This document shows, one piece after another, positions 45,859 to 59,294 of a stretch of 64,000 nt of DNA. The DNA is taken from contig CAJINV010000021.1 of assembly GCA_905178155.1 (NCBI GenBank), positions 225,760 to 289,759 of the forward strand. Direction: 5' to 3'. Within the stretch, counting starts at the first letter, position 1. Each line of letters starts with the position of its first letter. The notes under the pieces are model-generated. The model did not search any database and was not told where the DNA came from. It was given only the letters and a program-made list of their open reading frames with translations. The position numbers and the translations under genes were made by a program. This DNA comes from Amoebophrya sp. A120. Lineage: Eukaryota; Protista; Dinoflagellata.

Positions 45859-48800
45859 ATGGCGGAAGCGCAGCCGGCAAGTAGCAGTTCAAGTTCTTCA
45901 TTCACCGTGACACGGCTGACAACTCCTGGCTATGATCCAGCCCTCCTCAAGCGCGCGCGCGGTCATCCAATAGCCAGCGGTTTTTCCGGGAAAGCCAAGG
46001 TGCCAAAGGTTGATGAACAAATAAAAGAAGCTCGCAACGACCTTAACGACAAGAACCCTGTCTTGGAATCAGCGTCTACTTCCTCTTCGAACTCCGTTGA
46101 GAAGTCGACTGCACCGGCGTCCACCACGGGAAATTCCCTCCTCCACTCTCTTACGGACAAACCAGAGGTCTTCGCTGCACCTTCGCCAGAAACTACAGGA
46201 CACGGACGGCCAAGGAAGTTGAAATCTTCCAAATCAGCATTGCAGAAGACGCACGCGTTGCGCATGATCAAGAAGATTCAACAAGCTGTGTTCAAACACC
46301 AGAAGCGGGGCCGGAAGATCGGGTGGAGGAAGGATAAAGAAAAAGGATCGGGATCCACTCTTTCACCTACTGGTGGAAAAGTAAAAGACAAGCGTTTCGC
46401 GAGCAGCCTGAATGTGAATGGAACAAAAAGAAATTCTTCACCCTCCCCGGAATCCGAATCTACTGGAGAAGATTATCTACAACATGGCTTGATGTCCTTC
46501 TGGGACGGTCCAGCCTTGGCATCCGTTGGCGAAATAGACAAATGGCAACCCGGTCAGGCGCGGGCGATTTCGCTAAATAATCAGCTCCCCTTCATCGGGG
46601 AGATTTTAGACGAGCTGAAAAAAGATGACACGTTTTTCACTACCGTCGAGCGCGATGGCTGCGCGGTGCGAGTGCCTCGTGTCCCCGATGGGAAGATGTT
46701 GACTCCGAGGGCCCTTGCGATCGCCATGATCAAAGCAGCGCCCCCGGAAACGTTCCAGATGATGCGCTGCCATCCGTTCTGGTCTGGGAACGGTTGGGAA
46801 GGCTCGGATAAGTCTCTTGCGGCGTCAAAAATTCCCGACACAAGCAAGGATGGATGGGAAAACAGCCCGGAGATCGCAAGTTTGACGCCCTATGTCAGTA
46901 TGTACTGGACCGAGTACAGCCAGCCGGCCGGAAGCTATCTTCTGTTGAAGGTAAGCCTAGGCGATTGTAGTATGCGATCACTTGTTACCTATACCTGTGG
47001 CCTTGAGCAGTGAAGCTGATCTTGTGTTGCCCTCGTTTTGTCATCGTCTTTCCACGTAGTTCAGGCACTTGTGCTTGCACACGTATTTTTACAACTCACG
47101 CTCAGGTTCCGCAGATGTGCAAAGCGAGTTCCAGTCGAGACGTGGCGTGGCTGTGCCGCGTTGAGCCAACTTCCTACGAGATTTTCCGTCGCTTCGCCAA
47201 CCGGCCGCCCGGGCTGAGCAACATGACTCAGACTCCCCAGCACCCCATGTTCCAGCTGTACCCACAGAAGAACGCCGGCCCTCGGCAACCCTCACCCGAG
47301 CAGCAGGAGCAGCTGAAGAAGCTCCCCCCAGTGTTGCTTGAGCAGTACCGCCTGGTGACCGTCGTGGCCCGCGTCGATTCGGAGTTTGCTAAAGGGCTCA
47401 ACAGGAGGCATCGTCGAACGACAGTTCGCATGAACGATGAGCAGGTGCGTAAATTGTTGAAGCACTGCGGGGTGTTGAGTCATGGGGACGGCTTTGAGAA
47501 AAACGCGCTTTTGCAATCGCACTCGCAGTCGGCCACATCTTCTTCCGGTAATAAAACGAAAATGGATCAAGCGGACCATCACGAAGACAAGCGGACCACC
47601 ATGGTGTCGTCGCAGGACAATGACAGAGAGAACAGTCTTCATCTCGGAAACAGGGATGTTGGAGGTGGTGCCGGTATTTCGTCTTCGCAGCTGCAATTAC
47701 TTGCAGGCGGGGGAGAGCGGGAAACACGAAAAGTCACAGGCGTAGAGGGAAAGACACCTCTTGGCGTCGACGATCAGAGGATGTTTCAACTTCTCGACGA
47801 CTTTTTCGAGAAAAAGAAGGGCGTGAAGACGAAAGCACTGACGCAGACTCGTATCGGGTCACAGAAGAATTGGGTAAAAAGCTTGAGTCTGGGCGTCGCC
47901 AAGCATTACCACAGAGGCTGCGTCCCAACGAAGCACATGAAGAAATTGTCCAACGACGAAGATAAACGCAGGGTCTGCGAAGAGATAGCGCAGAGCCTGA
48001 ATAGTGACCAGAGTCGAATTCGCCATTTGCGTGCAACGAAAAAGACGGCTGAATCCGAGGCAAGTAAAACAACAAGTAGTAGGCCCACCTCCACCACTGC
48101 CCGGCAGCGCCAAGCTGCGACGTCAAATTCAGGTTTCACCGTCGGCGAAAATGTAACGCCGTTCTACTACAGCTCTGTGAACATCCACCAGAAAGCAACA
48201 ACGAAGCCCCATTTCGACAAGGGAAATTTTGGCGACTCTGTGGTGCACACCGTAGGGCGATTTCGCGGAGGCGGGCTCTTCGTTCACGATCCAAGCGTGA
48301 AACTTTCCGACCTCGACCCGAGCCTACCCCATATTCACGATCCGGTCGATGGCCGGGCGGTCCGTCTGGAAGTTTCAGCAGAATTAGCGGAAAACAAGAA
48401 GGAGCGGAACGGGTTGCGTGGCGCCAAGCTCCACGAACAGATGGAAGACGAGGCTCAAGAAGAACATCTTGACTCTACGAGCGGGTCGTCGTCGTCCTCA
48501 TCGAGCAAAAGAAAAAAGATAAAGAAGTACTACATTTTCGGACGGGAGTACCGCGCGAAGTTCTTACGGTTGAATGCGAGCCAGATCCTGCACGCTACGA
48601 TGCCGTTTGAGGGCGAGCGGTATTGTCTCGTGTACTTTCTCCACACCAGCCTGCCGGACCTTCGCACGCGGCAAGGGAGGGGACCCGACGACTTTGTGGC
48701 GTTGCTGGACTACTTGATTGGTTTGGGCTTTCCGGTGCCAAGATCCGCGGAAAGCGAGTTTTGGCCGGCGGTGGATCTTGCGCCGTCGATGAATAGCAAC

Positions 48801-48923
48801 CCTGCGAATAAAGGGGCCAGCGGCTCTGCCGGCTCGGAACAGGAAGTGATCGATCTAACCCGGGAGCCGAGCGAGGTGATCGAGCTGAGCAGCTCGTCAG
48901 AAGACGAGGACGAGGCGGAGTGA
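45859..48923 (+). CDS. 2OG-Fe(II) dioxygenase (TET/JBP-like), paralog 2
   Basis: Exons 45859-46950 and 47106-48923 (GT-AG). Motifs PHFDKGN, GRFRGGGL, HATMPFEGERY. Confidence 0.8.
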
Positions 48924-49737
48924 AGGCCTTTTGTCGACGACAGTGCCGGCCGTTTTTCTTCGGGCTTTAGCTTGAAGGTTTCCACCTACACAAGCTGCCA
49001 GAGGCATCGCAGCCATAAGGTGCAATACATTTTTGCGACACTGAATCCTCCTCACACATGCTAGTGTGTCTATCGATTCGGATTCTATTTGTTGATCATC
49101 TCCGTCGCCTTCATCTAGATTCATATTCCTATTTCAACAATCAAGACCAGCCTTGAGCATAGCTAGCTTTAACTTTCTTACAATGACGAACCGCAAGAGT
49201 TTTTCTTTTTCAAATCGCGAACGCAGCGTGTTAAACAGAACGTGACATTATGAGGAGGTGGCGCTGTATTGACATCGAGCGAAGTGTTGTTCCTGTTGCT
49301 GTAGTCGGTCCTCCTTTCATGGACAGATCGATGCCAGCAAGGCAAGTGCTCTTGCCGCTCTTCTAGTCCTCGTGAAAACAAGAACTACAGGCAGCTACTT
49401 CACAAGCTGCAGCTACTTCGCGTCTGAATACAGATCCTGATTTTCAGCTGGAGTTCCTCCTTTCGTTTTCTTGATCAGCTGTACCTTAGACAGGGTTATT
49501 CTTGGTAGACTTCATAATTGTCTCATCGATGAAATTGGAGTTTCGGAAGAAAAGTAATAATCGTTGTTCGACACCCATTTCCATGTAGTTTTCTGCCAGC
49601 CCGCTTTCAGCCAGATGTAGCTCCACTTCGAGATTAGTATGCGGCACAAATTATATTTGCTACTCAAATAATGTACATGCAGTGCGATATTAAAATTGAA
49701 GCGAGCACGAACACGAAGGTGGATTGAAATTTCAAAA

Positions 49738-51841
49738 ATGCCGCCGGCGTCAGCTGCTTCTGCAGGCGCGAAAGAAGATACCAAGAATCAATGTCGGAAG
49801 CTGGAAGTCCGGAAGAAAAACGGGAAAGTGGCAGCTGCTTCAGTTGTGCCATTGAAAAGCAACAGTAAGGGAAAGGGCGTGTCGAACGATGTGGGAAAAA
49901 AGAAAAAAGTTGTGCATTACGTTTATGGTACAACCGGCGGACACGTTGCCTACATCGGCCGTATGTACCTGATGAAAAATGGCAGCGAATTGCAGTAGGA
50001 CTTTGGGAAAAAATACCTTCACACAGAGCAAGTGGATGCATGTGTTGATCTTTTTCTTTGATGTAGTTTTTGTGCGCCAGCAGCCAGACCACCCATGTAC
50101 GCGAAGATCGCGGTCCTTGCGTAAGTAACAGGGCCCTCGGTCCTTTGATATCATTTTTGTCAAGACAAAAGAAGTGAGGATGGAACCACGACGAGCAGTG
50201 GCATAATTGCAAGTGGTGGCGGAATGATCGTAGTTGAATTGCCTGTACTTCTATGGAGGTATATTTTCCCTGCATAAGCATGCAGGCAATCTGTGCTCTC
50301 AGCCGTACCACGCACTAGTAGCATTTCAGAACAGCGGGCAAACAGCTGCTGAATTTGCACGGCAGCGAGCGGTCGAGATGCGGAACTGCAGAGCGCAACC
50401 GGTCAACATGAAGGAGATGCGACAGCTTCGTGTAACGCCGCACGTGCGCCGTCTGTGGAACGCTGCGATGGCGGAACAAAGTCAAGTTCGCCCCCAATGC
50501 TTCCAACTAGTGCCGCTTCCACTCCGAGCAGACACGCGGCCTAAGCGAGCTCACTCAGACACCGCCCCAATGACGGACTGTGTCACTGGAGAGTTATTAC
50601 CACTGGGGTTTGCAACTGCTGTGCTGCGCCACACTGCCGCGCTGCTGTGGCGGTACCTTCGAGGCCGTGGGGCAGCAGTAGAGCACGTGGAGGAGATCTG
50701 CAAGGCAGTGCTCGGCATCCAAGGAATGCAGTGGGTTTCCGCGTGCACGCCACTGTGGGTCGATGCGTGCGGGAAGTGCAATCACATTCACACCGAGGTC
50801 GGTACCGGCCAGTCTTTTTTGGAAAAGGCCGGGCGACTAGTTAAGACCAAGCACAATGGACACGGCCGGGAGCTTGTCGCCAAGGGGAAGTTCGAGCGAG
50901 ATCACCTAGACGGCCGCACCCTGCGGTCTGCGCTCCTGTTCCTCGCGTCAGACTCCCATCGGTGGACGGCCCGCAGCGAGGAGGAGTTTGGTATGGCCGC
51001 TGACCTTTTGACGACTCCCCGCCTGACCGGACTTCGGCGGAAACGACTCGCTGTGGTGTTGCGTCGTCTTTGCAACTACTCTCCTCGCCCTGTTCGCCTC
51101 GCAATCTGGCGCAGCATCCTGCGGCGTGGGAAGACTTTCTGGAACAGGAAGTGGACCACCATCAGGTTTTGTTCTTTGGCTCGCAAATTTTGCGGACGCA
51201 TCCGTGGACATCGAGCTGTGCTTCGATTCGAGGCCTTGGCGATGCAGAAGCGTCAGTTTTTCTCGAAGCCGACGAAGGAGTCGCGGCTTTGGCATGCTTC
51301 AGCGACTTCGGACTTTGACCGCTGGCTACACCTCGCATCTTCGGCTGGCGTTAGAGGCTGGCGCGCTGGTATGTACACGTCGACCATTGTTAAGGCTCTC
51401 CCGGCCGGATTGCGGAATTTGGTCCCAACTCGGGGGAAGATCTCGAGCACTAAGAATGGCGGTGAGGCGACCATTGCTATTCCCGTCGGTGGCGGGATGC
51501 AGGTGAGTCAAGAAGAGAACAACGACCGTAGTACGCGCAAGGATGTTTTCGTCCTCGGCGATGAGAAACAGAAACCGGTGGAATTGCAGAAACAAAACCT
51601 CGAAACGCTGTTCTGGTGTCCCGCATCTTCGACGGAACGACCCGCAGTAGCAACACAAGCGGCAAGCTTCTCCACATCGTCATCGACGTCTTCTTCTTTG
51701 GACAATAAGCCATTGCTGAGCACCAGCACCAGCAGCACTTCTATGGGCGCGAGTGCCGGCGCGCCTCCCTGTCCATTGAGGAAGCGGATGAAGTTAAGCG
51801 GCTTCGTGGAGGGCGTTCGGATCGTGTATCCATCGCAATGA
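49738..51841 (+). CDS. Hypothetical basic protein with a possible N-terminal GIY-YIG-like motif
   Basis: First exon ends HYVYGTTGGHVAYIG; long ORF 50234-51841 follows; splice junctions unresolved. Confidence 0.45.
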
Positions 51842-52386
51842 TCACGGGTTGGGATTTACTAGAGGAATGCAGCAGTTTAATGCACCCGAAATGAGATGAC
51901 GATGAGGCAGTCCTACTCGACCATTTCGTATCTTCTACGAAGTACTTAATACGGAAGGCACTGCAACATTGTCTTGTGTAGTCGAGGTTTTTTGTTCGTC
52001 TACTTCTTATCGGTATGTTTTTTGTCGATTTTTTTCCAATAGAGGTGCATGCGGTGGGTTGCAATTACATTTACATTTAGTATTGATGTCCCGCTCCCGG
52101 CGCGTTTGCGATCGATACGGCGAAGCAGATAATCATACACGACGACACACCCAGGGAGGAAATTAAGAAAGCGTGGACGGAATTCGTTGCGAGCGGGCCG
52201 TCCCTGGAGGAGGCGAAAAAGTGGCGGTATTGGCCAAGTAAAAATCTTAATCTTACTGACGAGGGCAGGAGCCGGGGAGGGAAAAACGCGCAGGAGACGA
52301 TCCGTGCCGTTTTTGGCCGAGAGTTTCATGTCCTCGGCCATGAGGCAAGGGCACGGAAGCGCCAGTTGCAGGATAAATCGCACAAC

Positions 52387-53580
52387 ATGTCGTTTGGCCA
52401 GAAGGTACATGATGAAAAAAGAGGAACATCAGTATTAGATAACCCCGCCGCGGAAGGTTTCGTTGGTGGTCGTGGAGCGCAGGTGCCGCTGGTCTCGTCG
52501 GGGGGGTCCGCGGGTTCCGTCGCTGCCCCAGCCGCTGCCAAAAAGACATCGGAACAACACTTGTTGAGCACGATGGACGGCTCCCCTAGTCGTGCTAGTG
52601 CGCGGCGCTTTCCGTCCCTCCTAGAGATTCTCGACGATGTGTTCGACAATCCAAACCCGGAGAAGCGCAAGGACGAAGGTTGCGTGCAGAACAAGGAACT
52701 TCGGCAGACTCGCGTTGGGGCAAGCAGCAAGCAAGAGCGCCCGTTGAGCGCCACCCTCGGCGCGACTATCCACCCCATCAAAGGGTGCACAATCGCCGTC
52801 GATACCAAGAAGCTCAAGACCAGCCACGACAACTACCTCTGTGTGGAGCTGGCCGACTTTCTCAATTGCCGTCGGGACGAAATTTGCCACCTGTCTACAC
52901 TACCCGGGAATCTGTCGGCGAACAGCGAGGGCGCCACGGCAACCTCGCACTTTCGGTTTACGTATAGCAGTATGGTGGTCCACCTGAACGCGCAGACGCA
53001 GCCGCACCTAGACCGCGGAAACGTCGGTGACTCAGTTCTAACCTCGGTCGGAGATTTTGTCGGTGGCGGCGTGTTCGTGCATGATCCAACGTTAGTTTTG
53101 GCAGATGTGGATCTGGATCTACCCGCCGTGCATGCAACGGTTGACGGCCGGCCGGTGGCGCTAGACGTTTGCGAGAAGATTGCCAGCGATCCGAAGGAGC
53201 AGGCGCGTTTGTTTGGGAGTGCCGCAAATGGGAACAAGCCACCGGAAAATATCCTCCACGCCTACCCCGCGTCCCACAAGAAGGCGGGTGGCCACTTTAT
53301 TCTAGGTCGCGAGTTTGACACGAAGGACAAGTTCCTGCAGTTTAACGCCGGAGAAAACATCCACGCTACGATGCCGTGGACGGGGAAAAGATACGCGGTG
53401 GTTTTGTTTACGCATTCGATCCTGGCGAAGTCGCGGAAGAGGAAGGGACAGGGGATGGAGAATTTCGTTGCCTTGATGACCCAGCTACGCGAAGAGCTCG
53501 GGTTTCCGTTACCAAGTGTGAATGAGGAAGCGTATTGGTCGGGCATTTTACAAGCTCTGGTGGATAAACAAAAGAAATAG
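52387..53580 (+). CDS. 2OG-Fe(II) dioxygenase (TET/JBP-like), paralog 3
   Basis: Motifs PHLDRGN, GDFVGGGV, HATMPWTGKRY; shares ILDDVF and LRQT blocks with paralog 1. Confidence 0.8.
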   Translation: MSFGQKVHDEKRGTSVLDNPAAEGFVGGRGAQVPLVSSGGSAGSVAAPAAAKKTSEQHLLSTMDGSPSRASARRFPSLLEILDDVFDNPNPEKRKDEGCVQNKELRQTRVGASSKQERPLSATLGATIHPIKGCTIAVDTKKLKTSHDNYLCVELADFLNCRRDEICHLSTLPGNLSANSEGATATSHFRFTYSSMVVHLNAQTQPHLDRGNVGDSVLTSVGDFVGGGVFVHDPTLVLADVDLDLPAVHATVDGRPVALDVCEKIASDPKEQARLFGSAANGNKPPENILHAYPASHKKAGGHFILGREFDTKDKFLQFNAGENIHATMPWTGKRYAVVLFTHSILAKSRKRKGQGMENFVALMTQLREELGFPLPSVNEEAYWSGILQALVDKQKK

Positions 53581-54348
53581 AAGACGCTTGTGGAAGATAG
53601 ATGAAAGTGAGGCTCTTTTTTGATGTGGTACCACTTCGACTTCCAGGTGGGTCTGGATAAAACATTCGACCTTCTCGATATTTTTGCTCTTTCGGGTGCT
53701 CGTAGCAAACGTGTTCTTGGTGCTGCTATGTTCAATCGACGTTTCTGGAGGTTGATCTAGTTCAGTTCTGTGGCAATAATGATCATGTCGTGAATTCGAA
53801 TTCGTCTCGGTTGTTGTGGTCTTCTGCACAAACAAAAGCAATGAACAACTTTGAAATAATGTGTAGCTCAAGTTCATCGCGTTGGTGTTGCTACGGATCC
53901 CCAGCTTTCGTTCTGCTGCAAGTTCTCTACATTTGGATCCACGACATCTACATTCTGCATTGATTTCTTATAGTCATCCATCGTGTCGTGGTGTCCTGGC
54001 GTATCCGGTTGCGCACCTCTAGCTCCGATGCGTAAGTAGTGACGCTCTTGACTCACTAGGAAGATTTCGTGGTTCGCACGTTGTTTGATTTCGTTGAAGC
54101 AAAAGATTGATCAATTTCAATCTTTGAAAGATGTTGAAGATCTTGGACTGACCTCGGTGTTGCAGGTCGCTAAACAAGCTAGCACAAGATTTTTTCAACG
54201 ACGAAACCAGGAGCCTTGCAACGGCGCTCTTACAACTTTCGAAAATGATGTAGATACGACGTGAAGATTTGATATTTGACCAGACACAAATGGAGATGAT
54301 GAACAAAAGTCCGAGCCAAAGGTAAAGCAAACTACAGTATGAAATAAA

Positions 54349-57300
54349 ATGTTGATGATGTCAGCTGTTGCGAACTCAAGGTCAAACGCACAGGTGCGCG
54401 AGGGGTCGGGTGTGCGTGCGACGTCCAAGCCCACAACATCGTCCTCTTCCAGCAGCAGCTCCTCCTCTCGTAGGCACCAGCACAGCGACAACTACGTCGA
54501 CGCGGAGGCAAAAGCAAAGCTGGCCTGGCTCGACGAAGTCAACGCACGGTGGCTGGTGCCGCCTGTGATTGAGGAAGCGAAACCGCTGAAGGTATCGGGC
54601 GGAACGGCGCACTTTTTTCGGGTGGTGAGATGCTCAGCAGCTTCTGCGGCGCCGTCCTCCTCCTCGTCGTGTAGAAGGATAAAAGTTTCTGAAAACTCCG
54701 GTAATTTGGATTTGCGCTGGGTACTCAAAGACCTCGACCACGCGCGCGAGGAAAGTGTTTTCTACGCGGCTCTGCGGGATGAAATCACAAAGGCGTACCC
54801 AGCAGCTGAGCAGCTACAACCAGAAAGTTGTACAACGGTAAGACCCGCGGCACAAGAAAAGGGAACAGATGATTTGCCCAACTCCAGGACTACGTCGAAG
54901 AAAAATACTCTGTCGAAAGCCTCACGCAGTGCGGCGCGCCGGCAGCGCCGATTGGTCCGGTTTGTCGACAGCTTTTTCTGCGTCTGCCCGGGCGAAGTCA
55001 CCTTGCCTGAGAGCGCACTAGTATCATCTTCTGCTCCTGACAGTAAAGACAAGCATGAACAAGGAAGAGCTCCTGAGCGCGTGCCCGCGTCAGTCGATCA
55101 GAGTCAGACAGAGCTTGAGCACCACATGCGGTTCGTATCCGCGGGCGATACTCCTGCTCGAGGATCGTCTGACCCGCGAGGGAATATTTTTCAAGAAAAA
55201 ACCAAACCGAGTCCTGTGACAGGGGAAACGACGCCTAAGCTGCTCGCCTCTTCCACCAGCTCGGAGGATGTACGTTCTCTGCACGGGAGTTGTTCCTCTG
55301 CGGAAAGAAAGCAGCTGCGCTCCTCACCCACGTTCGACGGCGCGCTGCCGACACTGGGCTGCAGCGCCGTGCTTCTCGGGAGCACGTCTTCGTCGCCGCT
55401 GCTTCCCTCGCCGGGATCAGTGTCGCCGGGCATGACGAAGAACGGTGGCCAGCTGATATCTGCAACGTCTGAAGGAGGACAAATGCTGGGAGGACATCAA
55501 CATCTTGAACCAGGTGAAAGTGAAGCCGCATGTTCAGCTTGTTCTGCAACCAACGCGCACCAACGACCCCAACCGCCAGGGGATAGTGCAACTACTCTTG
55601 AACTACAAACCGATAGTACCAAGACCCGTTCTTTTCTCATCCTGTCCGACATGTTCGCGAACTTCGACCGCCTCCGCTTTGCCGACGTCAAGATCGGGAA
55701 AGCCACCGCCGTGGCCAACTGGATGGGCAAGTCCGCCTTCCGTGCGTGGAAAAACCACCAGATCGACCGGTTGACCAACAGCGTGCACGAAGGGTACCGT
55801 GTGGAGGGCCTGGAAAACCCGCCGCCCGTCCTCTCCGACTACTCCGCCGTGGCGAACAGCAAAACGCTGTCCTTCCTCGCCAGCAGCCGGAAAATCGAGC
55901 GGATGACATTGCAGAGGTTGAGCGCTACGAAGTTCTGGCGGGTGTTTTTGGACTTGGCGGAGGAGGAGGTAGGCGTAGGGAGTTCGTCTGGAAAACACGA
56001 CAACCCAAGCGCAACAAGCTGCTTGGTTGAAGAGAAACTTGGTACTTCTAGGGGTCCTCCAATAACCGGTTCGTGCAGCCCTAGGGCGGGGGCCCAAAAT
56101 GTAATCACCACAATGTCCTCGTCTGTCTCAGAGCCGCTGTCTACTGCCCAAGTTTATCCTTCCCCCGCTTGTGGAGCGGGAGCTGCAGGCTGCACCAGTA
56201 ACCAAAAGTTTATCGTGACTGCAAGTAGACATCGGGCTCAAGAACATGATGTTTACCAACAGCAACAAGTGCAGCCCTGGAGTTCAAGTTCTCTTAGCTT
56301 GTGGAGCCGCAAAAAGGAGTTGTATGCGAGGTATGTTCTCCTCAGTGTGCTCGTCAAACTCACGAAGCTCGTGAACGGTCTGTGTCAGCTGGAGTGGCCG
56401 CAGATGTGGGTGGGGTCGAGTCTTGGGATTGGTTTCGACTTGAAACACGTTGACCACAGCAGGTTCGACAAGGACCAACGCGCCACCACTTCTACTATTA
56501 GCAGAGGTACGACCTCCGGGTCGCGGTCAGAAGACGGTTTAGGGACGACTGCTCCGTTTAGAAGTTGTAACTTTTCCAGCGCTACAACTCGCCCTGCTGC
56601 AATGTTTAGGAACCACCGGGAAGATGAAGACCAACAGTTACTCACGCCTGCTACAGATGACACGATAATCGACGTAGAGGACGAACCGGTGCTGGTGAAG
56701 TTGTTCGATTGGGGCCGCTCGGAGTACAACACGCAAGCGAACCACGAAGCGCTGACCCCCGAGGACCGCAAGCTCCGCGTGGATTACTGGCGGGGCTACT
56801 TGCAGAGTCTGCTGCTATGGATTGCAAATATGTCTGGGTCTAGGAAGAGGAAGTTGCGAAATTTGTCATGCTAGTCTGGCATGACTCTGAACTCTGTGTT
56901 GCGTCACCGCCAAGAGCTCCTCTTGCTTGTCATGCAAAAACGCAGTTTCTCATGCGGAGTACGCAACTCCGAACCACGGAAAAACTTGTCATGCTTGGCA
57001 GCGCATTACAGTGTGCTCACTATTCCCTTTCTTGCATCACAAGTTTCCAGACCCAGACATATTTGCATTTCATAGCTGCGATTGCTGTACCAATCCGCAC
57101 GGGTTTTCCTCCACCGGTTCGCCACCCCGGTGTGGCGCAGCGTGGTGGTCCAGTTGCAGGAGTTATCAAGTGCAAAAATGTAGTCTGGGTCTGGAAGATT
57201 GCAACTTGTCATGCTGTTTTTGGACTGTAAAAAAGTTTGTATTGCATGACAAGCAAGAGGGGCGCAATTGTGCTACACGGACAGGGCATTTCTCATGCGG

Positions 57301-59294
57301 AAGGTGCATCAGGAAGCCCTCTGAAAGTCCGCGATGCTAGGTCACGCATTACAGGCATCACGGGTCATGAGAAATATGCATGACAAATCTTGCATTCTTC
57401 CAGACCCAGACACTTTTACACTTTATAGGAGTTTCGCTCCATGCACGACCACGTAATCCTGGGCGCGGTGGAGATCCCGCTGTTTCCCTCGCAGCACGTC
57501 GACGCCGCCTACTTCGGACTGCATAATACTCTCAACGGCATGAATGAGAATGACGACGTTGAAGATCATGATGAACATGATGTAGTAGACCGCTCTTGGC
57601 ACCACGACGACCATGGAGGTCGGGCGCCTCTGTCTGCTTGTGCTTTGTCAGCTGTCGGGAAGATGAACCACCACCACGACAGAACAAGTCCGGTCTCTAT
57701 TTGTTCCCGCCGCCATGATCGTGCCGTACCGACGCCGCAGAATCAACAGCGACGAACCACACCGGTCGGGCGGCGGTCTGACGTGTCGATCTGGTCAACG
57801 GATACTTCGCCAAGCATCGAGAGCGTTCGCGGAGGTGAGATGAGCAATACGCCTCTGAAAAATGTTAAGGGGGAAACATCAAACAACGAGTTATTTCGAA
57901 GAAAAACGTGGGTAGACCACGACGAGGAGGACGGCAGGCTTTCTTGTGATCCTTTCAGCAAGTACTTTGTCGACGGGGCCTGTTTTCTGGAGGAAAAGCG
58001 CGTTTATACCGTGCCTCTAAAGCGCGTGCCGAACGTGTTTATTCAACTGGAAAAAGAACCGATGAAGAGCCAAAAATCACTATCACAATCATGTAGAACT
58101 AGAGACAACCAATTTATACAAGCCGATTTATTTTCTACTTCAGCCGGCGCCGAGACGGAGACCGACGAGGACACGATTGGGTTTGTCACGGTGCAATTCC
58201 ACGTCCTTTCCAAAACGCGGATCTCCCTGGAAATCCTTAGCTTCTTCACGAAGACAAGCCACGGTGGCGGCAGTAGTAGTTCGTCTGAACATCTGGCGAA
58301 GAACATCCACCTGGGGATCCTGGCGTTTGAAGACTCAAGGGACGGGTTCGCACACTTACACAACGCCTTCGCAGCCCGGTCGTCAGAGCTTGCTTCCTTT
58401 CGCGGGCGCGTCGCAGACCACCAGTCGGCTTTGCTGGTTGAAAAAGAGAAAACCAGCCCGACTACGTCGGACGCTGCTGCTGCAGTCTCCGGCACGAAGA
58501 ATGAGGTCAGAAGTTGTGGAGCTGCAGCAGCGGCGGTCGTGACTACACCAGGGTCCTCGAAGCTGCTGCGTAGAAACCAACATCAAGACGAGCTTTTTTT
58601 GTCTAGCCAAAGTTCCAGTCACAGTCTGCGGAGTGGTCACGACGGTCACCAGCTGCTGCAAGGGGAAATAAACAAACTGAAACCTCCGCAAATCTCAGCT
58701 CCAACTACAGAAGGCCGCAAAGATCATTTCTCTGCTTCGTCACTTTTCGATTCGCACGAGTCGCGGTCGCCAACCCACCTGCGGTTAAACTCCTCGTCTA
58801 GGTTCGTGAGTTGCGAAACCTCGGGCAGCTCTGACGCCAGTCCAACCTCATTCGCCCGCACGGAAACGCTACAGCCATTGCCGGAAACCCCGGAACATGC
58901 TGATGAAGCTGCAGCGGATACCAGATTCTTCAGTGACCACAGAACTATCTCAAGGGAAAAGATTGTAGAATACACCTTCAGCAGGAAGAAGACGAGTCGC
59001 TTTGAGTTTCTCGCGTTTCCGGACGGGGAGGCGCAACTCGTGACTGCATTGAATTTGCCGCCGGAAATTCTCTTGACGAACGGGGGCAAGAACGGAGCTG
59101 CAGCCGGAAGCTCTTCGACATCAAATTCATCATCCGCAAGGAGGACCAGTCCCTTGCTAAAAGTCTTCCCCTCACCGGTCTTGCCGGATCAGGATGAAGG
59201 AAGCATTTTCTGGTTCGGAAAGCAGATCACCGCAAAGTACTTCCATCCGGACTTTCTGTACGACGGAAACTATGTGCCGGAAAACTGGTTGTAG
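54349..59294 (+). CDS. Inositol polyphosphate kinase (IPK)-like protein, 3 exons
   Basis: Exons ~54349-56815, 57080-57163, 57433-59294. Motifs ADVKIG, GYRVEG, GSSL, VKLFDWG match IPK DxKxG/GFR/SSLL/IDF positions. Confidence 0.75.
56816..57074. mobile_element. Introner, family-1-related, TSD GCTGC
   Basis: IR tgcaaatatgtctgggtct / agacccagacatatttgca; removal gives QSLL/RLLYQ. Confidence 0.92.
57164..57427. mobile_element. Introner family 1, TSD GGAGT
   Basis: Colinear with the 7471 copy; removal gives QLQE/FRSMHDH. Confidence 0.92.

Noticed and set aside
7471-57079. Five fresh introners plus TSD are multiples of 3 (489, 285, 315, 267, 264)
   Set aside because: Others are not (221, 253, 269, 350, 212), and at least four of the 3n ones contain in-frame stops; probably chance.
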